Below, in pieces: positions 15,001-30,000 of a stretch of 64,000 nt of DNA (position 1 is the first letter of the stretch; every line of letters starts with the position of its first letter). The stretch is from assembly GCA_964016885.1 (NCBI GenBank), contig OZ024740.1, positions 211,358,001 through 211,422,000 of the forward strand, given 5' to 3'. Below the pieces are notes generated by a model. The model was not told the DNA's origin. It ran no database searches and saw only the letters and a list, made by a program, of their open reading frames with translations. This stretch comes from Eledone cirrhosa (lineage: Eukaryota). A program made the translations under genes and the position numbers.

Positions 15001-18000
15001 GAAGTTTACAATTAAAGTCCCCCATAAAATGATAGTAGAAGGTAGCCATGATAGAAGTTTACAATGGAAGTCTCCCATAAAAAGATAGTAGAAGGTAGCC
15101 ATGATAGAAGTTTACAATGAAAGTCTCCCATAAGTTGATAGTAGAAGGTAGCCATGATAGAAGTTTACAATGAATGTCTCCCATAAAATAATAGTAGAAG
15201 GTAGCCATGATAGAAGTTTACAATGAAAGTCTCCCATACGTTAATAGTAGAAGCTAGCCATAGTAGACGTTTACAATGAAAGTCTCCCATAAGTTGATAG
15301 TAGAAGGTAGCCATGATAGAAGTTTACAATGAATGTCTCCCATAAGTTGATAGTAGAAGGTAGCCATGATAGAAGTTTACAATGAATGTCTCCCATAAAA
15401 TAATAGTAGAAGGTAGCCATGATAGAAGTTTACAGTGAAAGTCTCCCATAAGTTGATAGTAGAAGGTAGCCATGATAGAAGTTTACAATGAAAGTCTCCC
15501 ATAAGTTAATAGTAGAAGCTAGCCATGGTAGAAGTTTACAATGAAAGTTTCCCATGAACTGATAGTAGAACGTAGCCATGAGAGAAGTTTACAATGAAAG
15601 TCTCCCATAAAATGATAGCAGAAGGTAGCCATGAGAGAAGTTTACAATGAAAGTCTCCCATAAGTTGAGAAGTAGAAGGTAGCCATGATAGAAGTTTACA
15701 ATGAATGTCTCTCATGAAATAATAGTAGAAGGTAGTCATGATAGAAGTTTACAATGAAAGTCTCCGATAAAATGATAGCAGAAGGTAGCCATGATAGAAG
15801 TTTACAATGAAAGTCCCCCATAAGTTGATAGTAGAAGGTAGCCATGATAGAAGTTTACAATGAATGTCTCTCATGAAATAATAGTAGAAGGTAGTCATGA
15901 TAGAAGTTTACAATGAAAGTCTCCCATAAAATGATAGTAGAAGGTAGCCATGGTAGAAGTTTACAATGAAACACTCCCATAAAATGATAGCAGAAGGTAG
16001 CCATGAGAGAAGTTTACAATGAAAGTCTCCCATAAGTTAATAGTAGAAGGTAGCATGATAGAAGTTTACAATGAAAGTCTCCCATAAAATAATAGTAGAA
16101 GGTAGCATGATAGAAATTTACAATGAAAGTCTCCCATAAAATAATAGTGGAAGGTAGCCATGGTAGAAGTTTACAATGAAAGTCTCCCATAAGTTGATAG
16201 TAGAAGGTAGCCATGATAGAAGTTTACAATGAAAGTCTCCCATAAGTTGATAGTAGAAGGTAGCCATGATAGAAGTTTACAATGAAAGTCTCCCATAAGT
16301 TGATAGTAGAAGGTAGCCATGATAGAAGTTTACAATGAAACACTCCCATAAAATGATAGTAGAAGGTAGCCATGATAGAAGTTTACAATGAATGTCTCCC
16401 ATAAATTGATAGTAGAAGGTAGCCATGATAGAAGTTTACAATGAAAGTCTCCTGTAAGTTGATAGTAGAAGGTAGCCATGATAGAAGTTTACAATGAAAG
16501 TCTCCCATAAGCTGATAGTAGAAGGTAGAGATGATAGAAGTTTACAATGAAAGTCTCCCATAAATTGATAGTAGAAGGTAGCCATGATAGAAGTTTACAA
16601 TGAAAGTCTCTCATAAGTTGATAGTAGAAGGTAGCCATGATAGAAGTTTACAATGAAAGTCTCCCATAAAATGATAGTAGAAGATAGCCATGATAGAAGT
16701 TTACAATGAAAGTCTCCCATAAGTTAATAGTAGAAGGTAGCCATGATAGAAGTTTACAATGAAAGTCTCCCATAAAATGATAGTAGAAGGTAGCCATGAT
16801 AGAAGTTTACAATGAAAGTCTCCCATAAGTTAATAGTAGAAGGTAGCCATGATAGAAGTTTACAATGAAAGTCTCCCATAAGCTGGTAGTAGAAGGTAGC
16901 CATGATAGAAGTTTACAATGAATGCCTCCCATAAGTTGATAGTAGAAGGTAGCCATGATAGAAGTTTACAATGAATGTCTCCCATAAAATAATAGTAGAA
17001 GGTAGCCATGATAGAAGTTTACAATGAAAGTCTCCCATAAGTTGATAGTAGAAGGTAGCCATGATAGAAGTTTACAATGAAAGTCTCCCATAAGTTAATA
17101 GTAGAAGCTAGCCATGGTAGAAGTTTACAATGAAAGTTTCCCATAAACTGATAGTAGAACGTAGCCATGAGAGAAGTTTACAATGAAAGTCTCCCATAAA
17201 ATGATAGCAGAAGGTAGCCATGAGAGAAGTTTACAATGAAAGTCTCCCATAAGTTGAGAAGTAGAAGGTAGCCATGATAGAAGTTTACAATGAATGTCTC
17301 TCATGAAATAATAGTAGAAGGTAGTCATGATAGAAGTTTACAATGAAAGTCTCCGATAAAATGATAGCAGAAGGTAGCCATGATAGAAGTTTACAATGAA
17401 AGTCCCCCATAAGTTGATAGTAGAAGGTAGCCATGATAGAAGTTTACAATGAATGTCTCTCATGAAATAATAGTAGAAGGTAGCCATGATAGAAGTTTAC
17501 AATGAAAGTCTCCCATAAGTTGATAGTAGAAGGTAGCCATGGTAGAAGTTTACAATGAAAGTTTCCCATAAACTGATAGTAGAACGTAGCCATGAGAGAA
17601 GTTTACAATGAAAGTCTCCCATAAGTTGATAGTAGAAGGTAGCCATGGTAGAAGTTTACAATGAAAGTTTCCCATAAACTGATAGTAGAACGTAGCCATG
17701 AGAGAAGTTTACAATGAAAGTCTCCCATAAAATGATAGCAGAAGGTAGCCATGAGAGAAGTTTACAATGAAAGTCTCCCATAAGTTGAGAAGTAGAAGGT
17801 AGCCATGATAGAAGTTTACAATGAATGTCTCTCATGAAATAATAGTAGAAGGTAGCCATGATAGAAGTTTACGATGAAAGTCTCCGATAAAATGATAGCA
17901 GAAGGTAGCCATGATAGAAGTTTACAATGAAAGTCTCCCATAAGTTGATAGTAGAAGGTAGCCATGATAGAAGTTTACAATGAATGTCTCTCATGAAATA

Positions 18001-21000
18001 ATAGTAGAAGGTAGTCATGATAGAAGTTTACAATGAAAGTCTCCCATAAAATGATAGTAGAAGGTAGCCATGGTAGAAGTTTACAATGAAACACTCCCAT
18101 AAAATGATAGCAGAAGGTAGCCATGAGAGAAGTTTACAATGAAAGTCTCCCATAAGTTAATAGTAGAAGGTAGCATGATAGAAGTTTACAATGAAAGTCT
18201 CCCATAAAATAATAGTAGAAGGTAGCATGATAGAAGTTTACAATGAAAGTCTCCCATAAGTTGATAGTAGAAGGTAGCCATGATAGAAGTTTACAATGAA
18301 AGTCTCCCATAAAATGATAGTAGAAGGTAGCCATGATAGAAGTTTACAATGAAAGTCTCCCATAAAATAATAGTGGAAGGTAGCCATGGTAGAAGTTTAC
18401 AATGAAAGTCTCCCATAAGTTGATAGTAGAAGGTAGCCATGATAGAAGTTTACAATGAAAGTCTCCCATAAGTTGATAGTAGAAGGTAGCCATGATAGAA
18501 GTTTACAATGAAACACTCCCATAAAATGATAGTAGAAGGTAGCCATGATAGAAGTCTACAATGAATGTCTCTCATAACTTGATAGTAGAAGGTAGCCATG
18601 ATAGAAGTTTACAATGAAAGTCTCCTGTAAGTTGATAGTAGAAGGTAGCCATGATAGAAGTTTACAATGAAAGTCTCCCATAAGCTGATAGTAGAAGGTA
18701 GAGATGATAGAAGTTTACAATGAAAGTCTCCCATAAATTGATAGTAGAAGGTAGCCATGATAGAAGTTTACAATGAAAGTCTCTCATAAGTTGATAGTAG
18801 AAGGTAGCCATGATAGAAGTTTACAATGAAAGTCTCCCATAAAATGATAGTAGAAGGTAGCCATGATAGAAGTTTACAATGAAAGTCTCCCATAAGTTAA
18901 TAGTAGAAGGTAGCCATGATAGAAGTTTACAATGAAAGTCTCCCATAAAATGATAGTAGAAGGTAGCCATGATAGAAGTTTACAATGAAAGTCTCCCATA
19001 AGTTAATAGTAGAAGGTAGCCATGATAGAAGTTTACAATGAAAGTCTCCCATAAGTTGGTAGTAGAAGGTAGCCATGATAGAAGTTTACAATGAATGCCT
19101 CCCATAAGTTGATAGTAGAAGGTAGCCATGATAGAAGTTTACAATGAATGTCTCCCATAAAATAATAGTAGAAGGTAGCCATGATAGAAGTTTACAATGA
19201 AAGTCTCCCATAAGTTAATAGTAGAAGGTAGCCATGATAGAAGTTTACAATGAAAGTCTCCCATAAGTTGATAGTAGAAGGTATCCATGATAGAAGTTTA
19301 CAATGAAAGTCCCCCATAAGTTGATGGTAGAAGGTAGCCATGATAGAAGTTTACAAGTAAAGTCCCCCATAAAATGATAGTAGAAGGTAGCAATGATAGA
19401 AGTTTACAATGGAAGTCTCCCATAAAAAGATAGTAGAAGGTAGCCATGATAGAAGTTTACAATGAAAGTCTCCCATAAAATGATAGTAGAAGGTAGCCAT
19501 GATAGAAGTTTACAATGAAAGTCTCCCATAAAATAATAGTGGAAGGTAGCCATGGTAGAAGTTTACAATGAAAGTCTCCCATAAGTTGATAGTAGAAGGT
19601 AGCCATGATAGAAGTTTACAATGAAAGTCTCCCATAAGTTGATAGTAGAAGGTAGCCATGATAGAAGTTTACAATGAAAGTCTCCCATAAGTTGATAGTA
19701 GAAGGTAGCCATGATAGAAGTTTACAATGAAACACTCCCATAAAATGATAGTAGAAGGTAGCCATGATAGAAGTTTACAATGAATGTCTCCCATAAATTG
19801 ATAGTAGAAGGTAGCCATGATAGAAGTTTACAATGAAAGTCTCCTGTAAGTTGATAGTAGAAGGTAGCCATGATAGAAGTTTACAATGAAAGTCTCCCAT
19901 AAGCTGATAGTAGAAGGTAGAGATGATAGAAGTTTACAATGAAAGTCTCCCATAAATTGATAGTAGAAGGTAGCCATGATAGAAGTTTACAATGAAAGTC
20001 TCTCATAAGTTGATAGTAGAAGGTAGCCATGATAGAAGTTTACAATGAAAGTCTCCCATAAAATGATAGTAGAAGATAGCCATGATAGAAGTTTACAATG
20101 AAAGTCTCCCATAAGTTAATAGTAGAAGGTAGCCATGATAGAAGTTTACAATGAAAGTCTCCCATAAAATGATAGTAGAAGGTAGCCATGATAGAAGTTT
20201 ACAATGAAAGTCTCCCATAAGTTAATAGTAGAAGGTAGCCATGATAGAAGTTTACAATGAAAGTCTCCCATAAGCTGGTAGTAGAAGGTAGCCATGATAG
20301 AAGTTTACAATGAATGCCTCCCATAAGTTGATAGTAGAAGGTAGCCATGATAGAAGTTTACAATGAATGTCTCCCATAAAATAATAGTAGAAGGTAGCCA
20401 TGATAGAAGTTTACAATGAAAGTCTCCCATAAGTTAATAGTAGAAGGTAGGCATGATAGAAGTTTACAATGAAAGTCTCCCATAAGTTGATAGTAGAATG
20501 TATCCATGATAGAAGTTTACAATGAAAGTCCCCCATAAGTTGATGGTAGAAGGTAGCCATGATAGAAGTTTACAATTAAAGTCCCCCATAAAATGATAGT
20601 AGAAGGTAGCCATGATAGAAGTTTACAATGGAAGTCTCCCATAAAAAGATAGTAGAAGGTAGCCATGATAGAAGTTTACAATGAAAGTCTCCCATAAGTT
20701 GATAGTAGAAGGTAGCCATGATAGAAGTTTACAATGAATGTCTCCCATAAAATAATAGTAGAAGGTAGCCATGATAGAAGTTTACAATGAAAGTCTCCCA
20801 TACGTTAATAGTAGAAGCTAGCCATAGTAGACGTTTACAATGAAAGTCTCCCATAAGTTGATAGTAGAAGGTAGCCATGATAGAAGTTTACAATGAATGT
20901 CTCCCATAAGTTGATAGTAGAAGGTAGCCATGATAGAAGTTTACAATGAATGTCTCCCATAAAATAATAGTAGAAGGTAGCCATGATAGAAGTTTACAGT

Positions 21001-24000
21001 GAAAGTCTCCCATAAGTTGATAGTAGAAGGTAGCCATGATAGAAGTTTACAATGAAAGTCTCCCATAAGTTAATAGTAGAAGCTAGCCATGGTAGAAGTT
21101 TACAATGAAAGTTTCCCATGAACTGATAGTAGAACGTAGCCATGAGAGAAGTTTACAATGAAAGTCTCCCATAAAATGATAGCAGAAGGTAGCCATGAGA
21201 GAAGTTTACAATGAAAGTCTCCCATAAGTTGAGAAGTAGAAGGTAGCCATGATAGAAGTTTACAATGAATGTCTCTCATGAAATAATAGTAGAAGGTAGT
21301 CATGATAGAAGTTTACAATGAAAGTCTCCGATAAAATGATAGCAGAAGGTAGCCATGATAGAAGTTTACAATGAAAGTCCCCCATAAGTTGATAGTAGAA
21401 GGTAGCCATGATAGAAGTTTACAATGAATGTCTCTCATGAAATAATAGTAGAAGGTAGTCATGATAGAAGTTTACAATGAAAGTCTCCCATAAAATGATA
21501 GTAGAAGGTAGCCATGGTAGAAGTTTACAATGAAACACTCCCATAAAATGATAGCAGAAGGTAGCCATGAGAGAAGTTTACAATGAAAGTCTCCCATAAG
21601 TTAATAGTAGAAGGTAGCATGATAGAAGTTTACAATGAAAGTCTCCCATAAAATAATAGTAGAAGGTAGCATGATAGAAATTTACAATGAAAGTCTCCCA
21701 TAAAATAATAGTGGAAGGTAGCCATGGTAGAAGTTTACAATGAAAGTCTCCCATAAGTTGATAGTAGAAGGTAGCCATGATAGAAGTTTACAATGAAAGT
21801 CTCCCATAAGTTGATAGTAGAAGGTAGCCATGATAGAAGTTTACAATGAAAGTCTCCCATAAGTTGATAGTAGAAGGTAGCCATGATAGAAGTTTACAAT
21901 GAAACACTCCCATAAAATGATAGTAGAAGGTAGCCATGATAGAAGTTTACAATGAATGTCTCCCATAAATTGATAGTAGAAGGTAGCCATGATAGAAGTT
22001 TACAATGAAAGTCTCCTGTAAGTTGATAGTAGAAGGTAGCCATGATAGAAGTTTACAATGAAAGTCTCCCATAAGCTGATAGTAGAAGGTAGAGATGATA
22101 GAAGTTTACAATGAAAGTCTCCCATAAATTGATAGTAGAAGGTAGCCATGATAGAAGTTTACAATGAAAGTCTCTCATAAGTTGATAGTAGAAGGTAGCC
22201 ATGATAGAAGTTTACAATGAAAGTCTCCCATAAAATGATAGTAGAAGATAGCCATGATAGAAGTTTACAATGAAAGTCTCCCATAAGTTAATAGTAGAAG
22301 GTAGCCATGATAGAAGTTTACAATGAAAGTCTCCCATAAAATGATAGTAGAAGGTAGCCATGATAGAAGTTTACAATGAAAGTCTCCCATAAGTTAATAG
22401 TAGAAGGTAGCCATGATAGAAGTTTACAATGAAAGTCTCCCATAAGCTGGTAGTAGAAGGTAGCCATGATAGAAGTTTACAATGAATGCCTCCCATAAGT
22501 TGATAGTAGAAGGTAGCCATGATAGAAGTTTACAATGAATGTCTCCCATAAAATAATAGTAGAAGGTAGCCATGATAGAAGTTTACAATGAAAGTCTCCC
22601 ATAAGTTGATAGTAGAAGGTAGCCATGATAGAAGTTTACAATGAAAGTCTCCCATAAGTTAATAGTAGAAGCTAGCCATGGTAGAAGTTTACAATGAAAG
22701 TTTCCCATAAACTGATAGTAGAACGTAGCCATGAGAGAAGTTTACAATGAAAGTCTCCCATAAAATGATAGCAGAAGGTAGCCATGAGAGAAGTTTACAA
22801 TGAAAGTCTCCCATAAGTTGAGAAGTAGAAGGTAGCCATGATAGAAGTTTACAATGAATGTCTCTCATGAAATAATAGTAGAAGGTAGTCATGATAGAAG
22901 TTTACAATGAAAGTCTCCGATAAAATGATAGCAGAAGGTAGCCATGATAGAAGTTTACAATGAAAGTCCCCCATAAGTTGATAGTAGAAGGTAGCCATGA
23001 TAGAAGTTTACAATGAATGTCTCTCATGAAATAATAGTAGAAGGTAGTCATGATAGAAGTTTACAATGAAAGTCTCCCATAAAATGATAGTAGAAGGTAG
23101 CCATGGTAGAAGTTTACAATGAGCCACTCCCATAAAATGATAGCAGAAGGTAGCCATGAGAGAAGTTTACAATGAAAGTCTCCCATAAGTTAATAGTAGA
23201 AGGTAGCATGATAGAAGTTTACAATGAAAGTCTCCCATAAAATAATAGTAGAAGGTAGCATGATAGAAGTTTACAATGAAAGTCTCCCATAAAATAATAG
23301 TAGAAGGTAGCCATGATAGAAGTTTACAATGAAAGTCTCCCATAAGTTAATAGTAGAAGGTAGCCATGATAGAAGTTTACAATGAAAGTCTCCCATAAGT
23401 TGATAGTAGAATGTATCCATGATAGAAGTTTACAATGAAAGTCCCCCATAAGTTGATGGTAGAAGGTAGCCATGATAGAAGTTTACAATTAAAGTCCCCC
23501 ATAAGTTGATAGTAGAAGGTAGCCATGATAGAAGTTTACAATGAATGTCTCCCATAAAATAATAGTAGAAGGTAGCCATGATAGAAGTTTACAATGAAAG
23601 TCTCCCATACGTTAATAGTAGAAGCTAGCCATAGTAGACGTTTACAATGAAAGTCTCCCATAAGTTGATAGTAGAAGGTAGCCATGATAGAAGTTTACAA
23701 TGGAAGTCTCCCATAAAAAGATAGTAGAAGGTAGCCATGATAGAAGTTTACAATGAAAGTCTCCCATAAGTTGATAGTAGAAGGTAGCCATGATAGAAGT
23801 TTACAATGAATGTCTCCCATAAAATAATAGTAGAAGGTAGCCATGATAGAAGTTTACAATGAAAGTCTCCCATACGTTAATAGTAGAAGCTAGCCATAGT
23901 AGACGTTTACAATGAAAGTCTCCCATAAGTTGATAGTAGAAGGTAGCCATGATAGAAGTTTACAATGAATGTCTCCCATAAGTTGATAGTAGAAGGTAGC

Positions 24001-27000
24001 CATGATAGAAGTTTACAATGAATGTCTCCCATAAAATAATAGTAGAAGGTAGCCATGATAGAAGTTTACAATGAAAGTCTCCCATAAGTTGATAGTAGAA
24101 GGTAGCCATGATAGAAGTTTACAATGAAAGTCTCCCATAAGTTAATAGTAGAAGCTAGCCATGGTAGAAGTTTAAAATGAAAGTTTCCCATGAACTGATA
24201 GTAGAACGTAGCCATGAGAGAAGTTTACAATGAAAGTCTCCCATAAAATGATAGCAGAAGGTAGCCATGAGAGAAGTTTACAATGAAAGTCTCCCATAAG
24301 TTGAGAAGTAGAAGGTAGCCATGATAGAAGTTTACAATGAATGTCTCTCATGAAATAATAGTAGAAGGTAGTCATGATAGAAGTTTACAATGAAAGTCTC
24401 CGATAAAATGATAGCAGAAGGTAGCCATGATAGAAGTTTACAATGAAAGTCCCCCATAAGTTGATAGTAGAAGGTAGCCATGATAGAAGTTTACAATGAA
24501 TGTCTCTCATGAAATAATAGTAGAAGGTAGTCATGATAGAAGTTTACAATGAAAGTCTCCCATAAAATGATAGTAGAAGGTAGCCATGGTAGAAGTTTAC
24601 AATGAAACACTCCCATAAAATGATAGCAGAAGGTAGCCATGAGAGAAGTTTACAATGAAAGTCTCCCATAAGTTAATAGTAGAAGGTAGCATGATAGAAG
24701 TTTACAATGAAAGTCTCCCATAAAATAATAGTAGAAGGTAGCATGATAGAAGTTTACAATGAAAGTCTCCCATAAAATAATAGTGGAAGGTAGCCATGGT
24801 AGAAGTTTACAATGAAAGTCTCCCATAAGTTGATAGTAGAAGGTAGCCATGATAGAAGTTTACAATGAAAGTCTCCCATAAGTTGATAGTAGAAGGTAGC
24901 CATGATAGAAGTTTACAATGAAAGTCTCCCATAAGTTGATAGTAGAAGGTAGCCATGATAGAAGTTTACTATGAAACACTCCCATAAAATGATAGTAGAA
25001 GGTAGCCATGATAGAAGTTTACAATGAATGTCTCCCATAAATTGATAGTAGAAGGTAGCCCTGATAGAAGTTAACAATGAAAGTCTCCTGTAAGTTGATA
25101 GTAGAAGGTAGCCATGATAGAAGTTTACAATGAAAGTCTCCCATAAGCTGATAGTAGAAGGTAGAGATGATAGAAGTTTACAATGAAAGTCTCCCATAAA
25201 TTGATAGTAGAAGGTAGCCATGATAGAAGTTTACAATGAAAGTCTCTCATAAGTTGATAGTAGAAGGTAGCCATGATAGAAGTTTACAATGAAAGTCTCC
25301 CATAAAATGATAGTAGAAGATAGCCATGATAGAAGTTTACAATGAAAGTCTCCCATAAGTTAATAGTAGAAGGTAGCCATGATAGAAGTTTACAATGAAA
25401 GTCTCCCATAAAATGATAGTAGAAGGTAGCCATGATAGAAGTTTACAATGAAAGTCTCCCATAAGTTAATAGTAGAAGGTAGCCATGATAGAAGTTTACA
25501 ATGAAAGTCTCCCATAAGCTGGTAGTAGAAGGTAGCCATGATAGAAGTTTACAATGAATGCCTCCCATAAGTTGATAGTAGAAGGTAGCCATGATAGAAG
25601 TTTACAATGAATGTCTCCCATAAAATAATAGTAGAAGGTAGCCATGATAGAAGTTTACAATGAAAGTCTCCCATAAGTTGATAGTAGAAGGTAGCCATGA
25701 TAGAAGTTTACAATGAAAGTCTCCCATAAGTTAATAGTAGAAGCTAGCCATGGTAGAAGTTTACAATGAAAGTTTCCCATAAACTGATAGTAGAACGTAG
25801 CCATGAGAGAAGTTTACAATGAAAGTCTCCCATAAAATGATAGCAGAAGGTAGCCATGAGAGAAGTTTACAATGAAAGTCTCCCATAAGTTGAGAAGTAG
25901 AAGGTAGCCATGATAGAAGTTTACAATGAATGTCTCTCATGAAATAATAGTAGAAGGTAGTCATGATAGAAGTTTACAATGAAAGTCTCCGATAAAATGA
26001 TAGCAGAAGGTAGCCATGATAGAAGTTTACAATGAAAGTCCCCCATAAGTTGATAGTAGAAGGTAGCCATGATAGAAGTTTACAATGAATGTCTCTCATG
26101 AAATAATAGTAGAAGGTAGTCATGATAGAAGTTTACAATGAAAGTCTCCCATAAAATGATAGTAGAAGGTAGCCATGGTAGAAGTTTACAATGAAACACT
26201 CCCATAAAATGATAGCAGAAGGTAGCCATGAGAGAAGTTTACAATGAAAGTCTCCCATAAGTTAATAGTAGAAGGTAGCATGATAGAAGTTTACAATGAA
26301 AGTCTCCCATAAAATAATAGTAGAAGGTAGCATGATAGAAGTTTACAATGAAAGTCTCCCATAAAATAATAGTGGAAGGTAGCCATGGTAGAAGTTTACA
26401 ATGAAAGTCTCCCATAAGTTGATAGTAGAAGGTAGCCATGATAGAAGTTTACAATGAAAGTCTCCCATAAGTTGATAGTAGAAGGTAGCCATGATAGAAG
26501 TTTACAATGAAAGTCTCCCATAAGTTGATAGTAGAAGGTAGCCATGATAGAAGTTTACAATGAAACACTCCCATAAAATGATAGTAGAAGGTAGCCATGA
26601 TAGAAGTTTACAATGAATGTCTCCCATAAATTGATAGTAGAAGGTAGCCATGATAGAAGTTTACAATGAAAGTCTCCTGTAAGTTGATAGTAGAAGGTAG
26701 CCATGATAGAAGTTTACAATGAAAGTCTCCCATAAGCTGATAGTAGAAGGTAGAGATGATAGAAGTTTACAATGAAAGTCTCCCATAAATTGATAGTAGA
26801 AGGTAGCCATGATAGAAGTTTACAATGAAAGTCTCTCATAAGTTGATAGTAGAAGGTAGCCATGATAGAAGTTTACAATGAAAGTCTCCCATAAAATGAT
26901 AGTAGAAGATAGCCATGATAGAAGTTTACAATGAAAGTCTCCCATAAGTTAATAGTAGAAGGTAGCCATGATAGAAGTTTACAATGAAAGTCTCCCATAA

Positions 27001-30000
27001 AATGATAGTAGAAGGTAGCCATGATAGAAGTTTACAATGAAAGTCTCCCATAAGTTAATAGTAGAAGGTAGCCATGATAGAAGTTTACAATGAATGCCTC
27101 CCATAAGTTGATAGTTAGAAGGTAGCCATGATAGAAGTTTACAATGAATGTCTCCCATAAAATAATAGTAGAAGGTAGCCATGATAGAAGTTTACAATGA
27201 AAGTCTCCCATAAAATGATATTAGAAGGTAGCCATGATAGAAGTTTACAATGAAAGTCTCCCATAAAATGATATTAGAAGGTAGCCATGATAGAAGTTTA
27301 CAATGAAAGTCTCCCATAAGTTGAGAAGTAGAAGGTAGCCATGATAGAAGTTTACAATGAAAGTCTCCCATAAAATGATATTAGAAGGTAGCCATGATAG
27401 AAGTTTACAATGAAAGTCTCCCATAAGTTGATAGTAGAAGGTAGCCATGATAGAAGTTTACAATGAAAGTCTCCCATAAAATGATAGTAGAAGGTAGCCA
27501 TGATAGAAGTTTACAATGAAAGTCTCCCATAAGTTGATAGTAGAAGGTAGCCATGATAGAAGTTTACAATGAAAGTCTCCCATTAAATGATAGTAGAAGG
27601 TAGCCATGATAGAAGTTTACAATGAAAGTCTCCCATAAAATAATAGTAGAAGGTAGCCATGATAGAAGTTTACAATGAAAGTCTCCCATAAGTTAATAGT
27701 AGAAGGTAGCCATGATAGAAGTTTACAATGAAAGTCTCCCATAAGTTGATAGTAGAATGTATCCATGATAGAAGTTTACAATGAAAGTCCCCCATAAGTT
27801 GATGGTAGAAGGTAGCCATGATAGAAGTTTACAATTAAAGTCCCCCATAAGTTGATAGTAGAAGGTAGCATGATAGAAGTTTACAATGAAAGTCTCCCAT
27901 AAAATAATAGTAGAAGGTAGCATGATAGAAGTTTACAATGAAAGTCTCCCATAAAATAATAGTAGAAGGTAGCCATGATAGAAGTTTACAATGAAAGTCT
28001 CCCATACGTTAATAGTAGAAGCTAGCCATAGTAGACGTTTACAATGAAAGTCTCCCATAAGTTGATAGTAGAAGGTAGCCATGATAGAAGTTTACAATGG
28101 AAGTCTCCCATAAAAAGATAGTAGAAGGTAGCCATGATAGAAGTTTACAATGAAAGTCTCCCATAAGTTGATAGTAGAAGGTAGCCATGATAGAAGTTTA
28201 CAATGAATGTCTCCCATAAAATAATAGTAGAAGGTAGCCATGATAGAAGTTTACAATGAAAGTCTCCCATACGTTAATAGTAGAAGCTAGCCATAGTAGA
28301 CGTTTACAATGAAAGTCTCCCATAAGTTGATAGTAGAAGGTAGCCATGATAGAAGTTTACAATGAATGTCTCCCATAAGTTGATAGTAGAAGGTAGCCAT
28401 GATAGAAGTTTACAATGAATGTCTCCCATAAAATAATAGTAGAAGGTAGCCATGATAGAAGTTTACAATGAAAGTCTCCCATAAGTTGATAGTAGAAGGT
28501 AGCCATGATAGAAGTTTACAATGAAAGTCTCCCATAAGTTAATAGTAGAAGCTAGCCATGGTAGAAGTTTAAAATGAAAGTTTCCCATGAACTGATAGTA
28601 GAACGTAGCCATGAGAGAAGTTTACAATGAAAGTCTCCCATAAAATGATAGCAGAAGGTAGCCATGAGAGAAGTTTACAATGAAAGTCTCCCATAAGTTG
28701 AGAAGTAGAAGGTAGCCATGATAGAAGTTTACAATGAATGTCTCTCATGAAATAATAGTAGAAGGTAGTCATGATAGAAGTTTACAATGAAAGTCTCCGA
28801 TAAAATGATAGCAGAAGGTAGCCATGATAGAAGTTTACAATGAAAGTCCCCCATAAGTTGATAGTAGAAGGTAGCCATGATAGAAGTTTACAATGAATGT
28901 CTCTCATGAAATAATAGTAGAAGGTAGTCATGATAGAAGTTTACAATGAAAGTCTCCCATAAAATGATAGTAGAAGGTAGCCATGGTAGAAGTTTACAAT
29001 GAAACACTCCCATAAAATGATAGCAGAAGGTAGCCATGAGAGAAGTTTACAATGAAAGTCTCCCATAAGTTAATAGTAGAAGGTAGCATGATAGAAGTTT
29101 ACAATGAAAGTCTCCCATAAAATAATAGTAGAAGGTAGCATGATAGAAGTTTACAATGAAAGTCTCCCATAAAATAATAGTGGAAGGTAGCCATGGTAGA
29201 AGTTTACAATGAAAGTCTCCCATAAGTTGATAGTAGAAGGTAGCCATGATAGAAGTTTACAATGAAAGTCTCCCATAAGTTGATAGTAGAAGGTAGCCAT
29301 GATAGAAGTTTACAATGAAAGTCTCCCATAAGTTGATAGTAGAAGGTAGCCATGATAGAAGTTTACTATGAAACACTCCCATAAAATGATAGTAGAAGGT
29401 AGCCATGATAGAAGTTTACAATGAATGTCTCCCATAAATTGATAGTAGAAGGTAGCCCTGATAGAAGTTAACAATGAAAGTCTCCTGTAAGTTGATAGTA
29501 GAAGGTAGCCATGATAGAAGTTTACAATGAAAGTCTCCCATAAGCTGATAGTAGAAGGTAGAGATGATAGAAGTTTACAATGAAAGTCTCCCATAAATTG
29601 ATAGTAGAAGGTAGCCATGATAGAAGTTTACAATGAAAGTCTCTCATAAGTTGATAGTAGAAGGTAGCCATGATAGAAGTTTACAATGAAAGTCTCCCAT
29701 AAAATGATAGTAGAAGATAGCCATGATAGAAGTTTACAATGAAAGTCTCCCATAAGTTAATAGTAGAAGGTAGCCATGATAGAAGTTTACAATGAAAGTC
29801 TCCCATAAAATGATAGTAGAAGGTAGCCATGATAGAAGTTTACAATGAAAGTCTCCCATAAGTTAATAGTAGAAGGTAGCCATGATAGAAGTTTACAATG
29901 AAAGTCTCCCATAAGCTGGTAGTAGAAGGTAGCCATGATAGAAGTTTACAATGAATGCCTCCCATAAGTTGATAGTAGAAGGTAGCCATGATAGAAGTTT

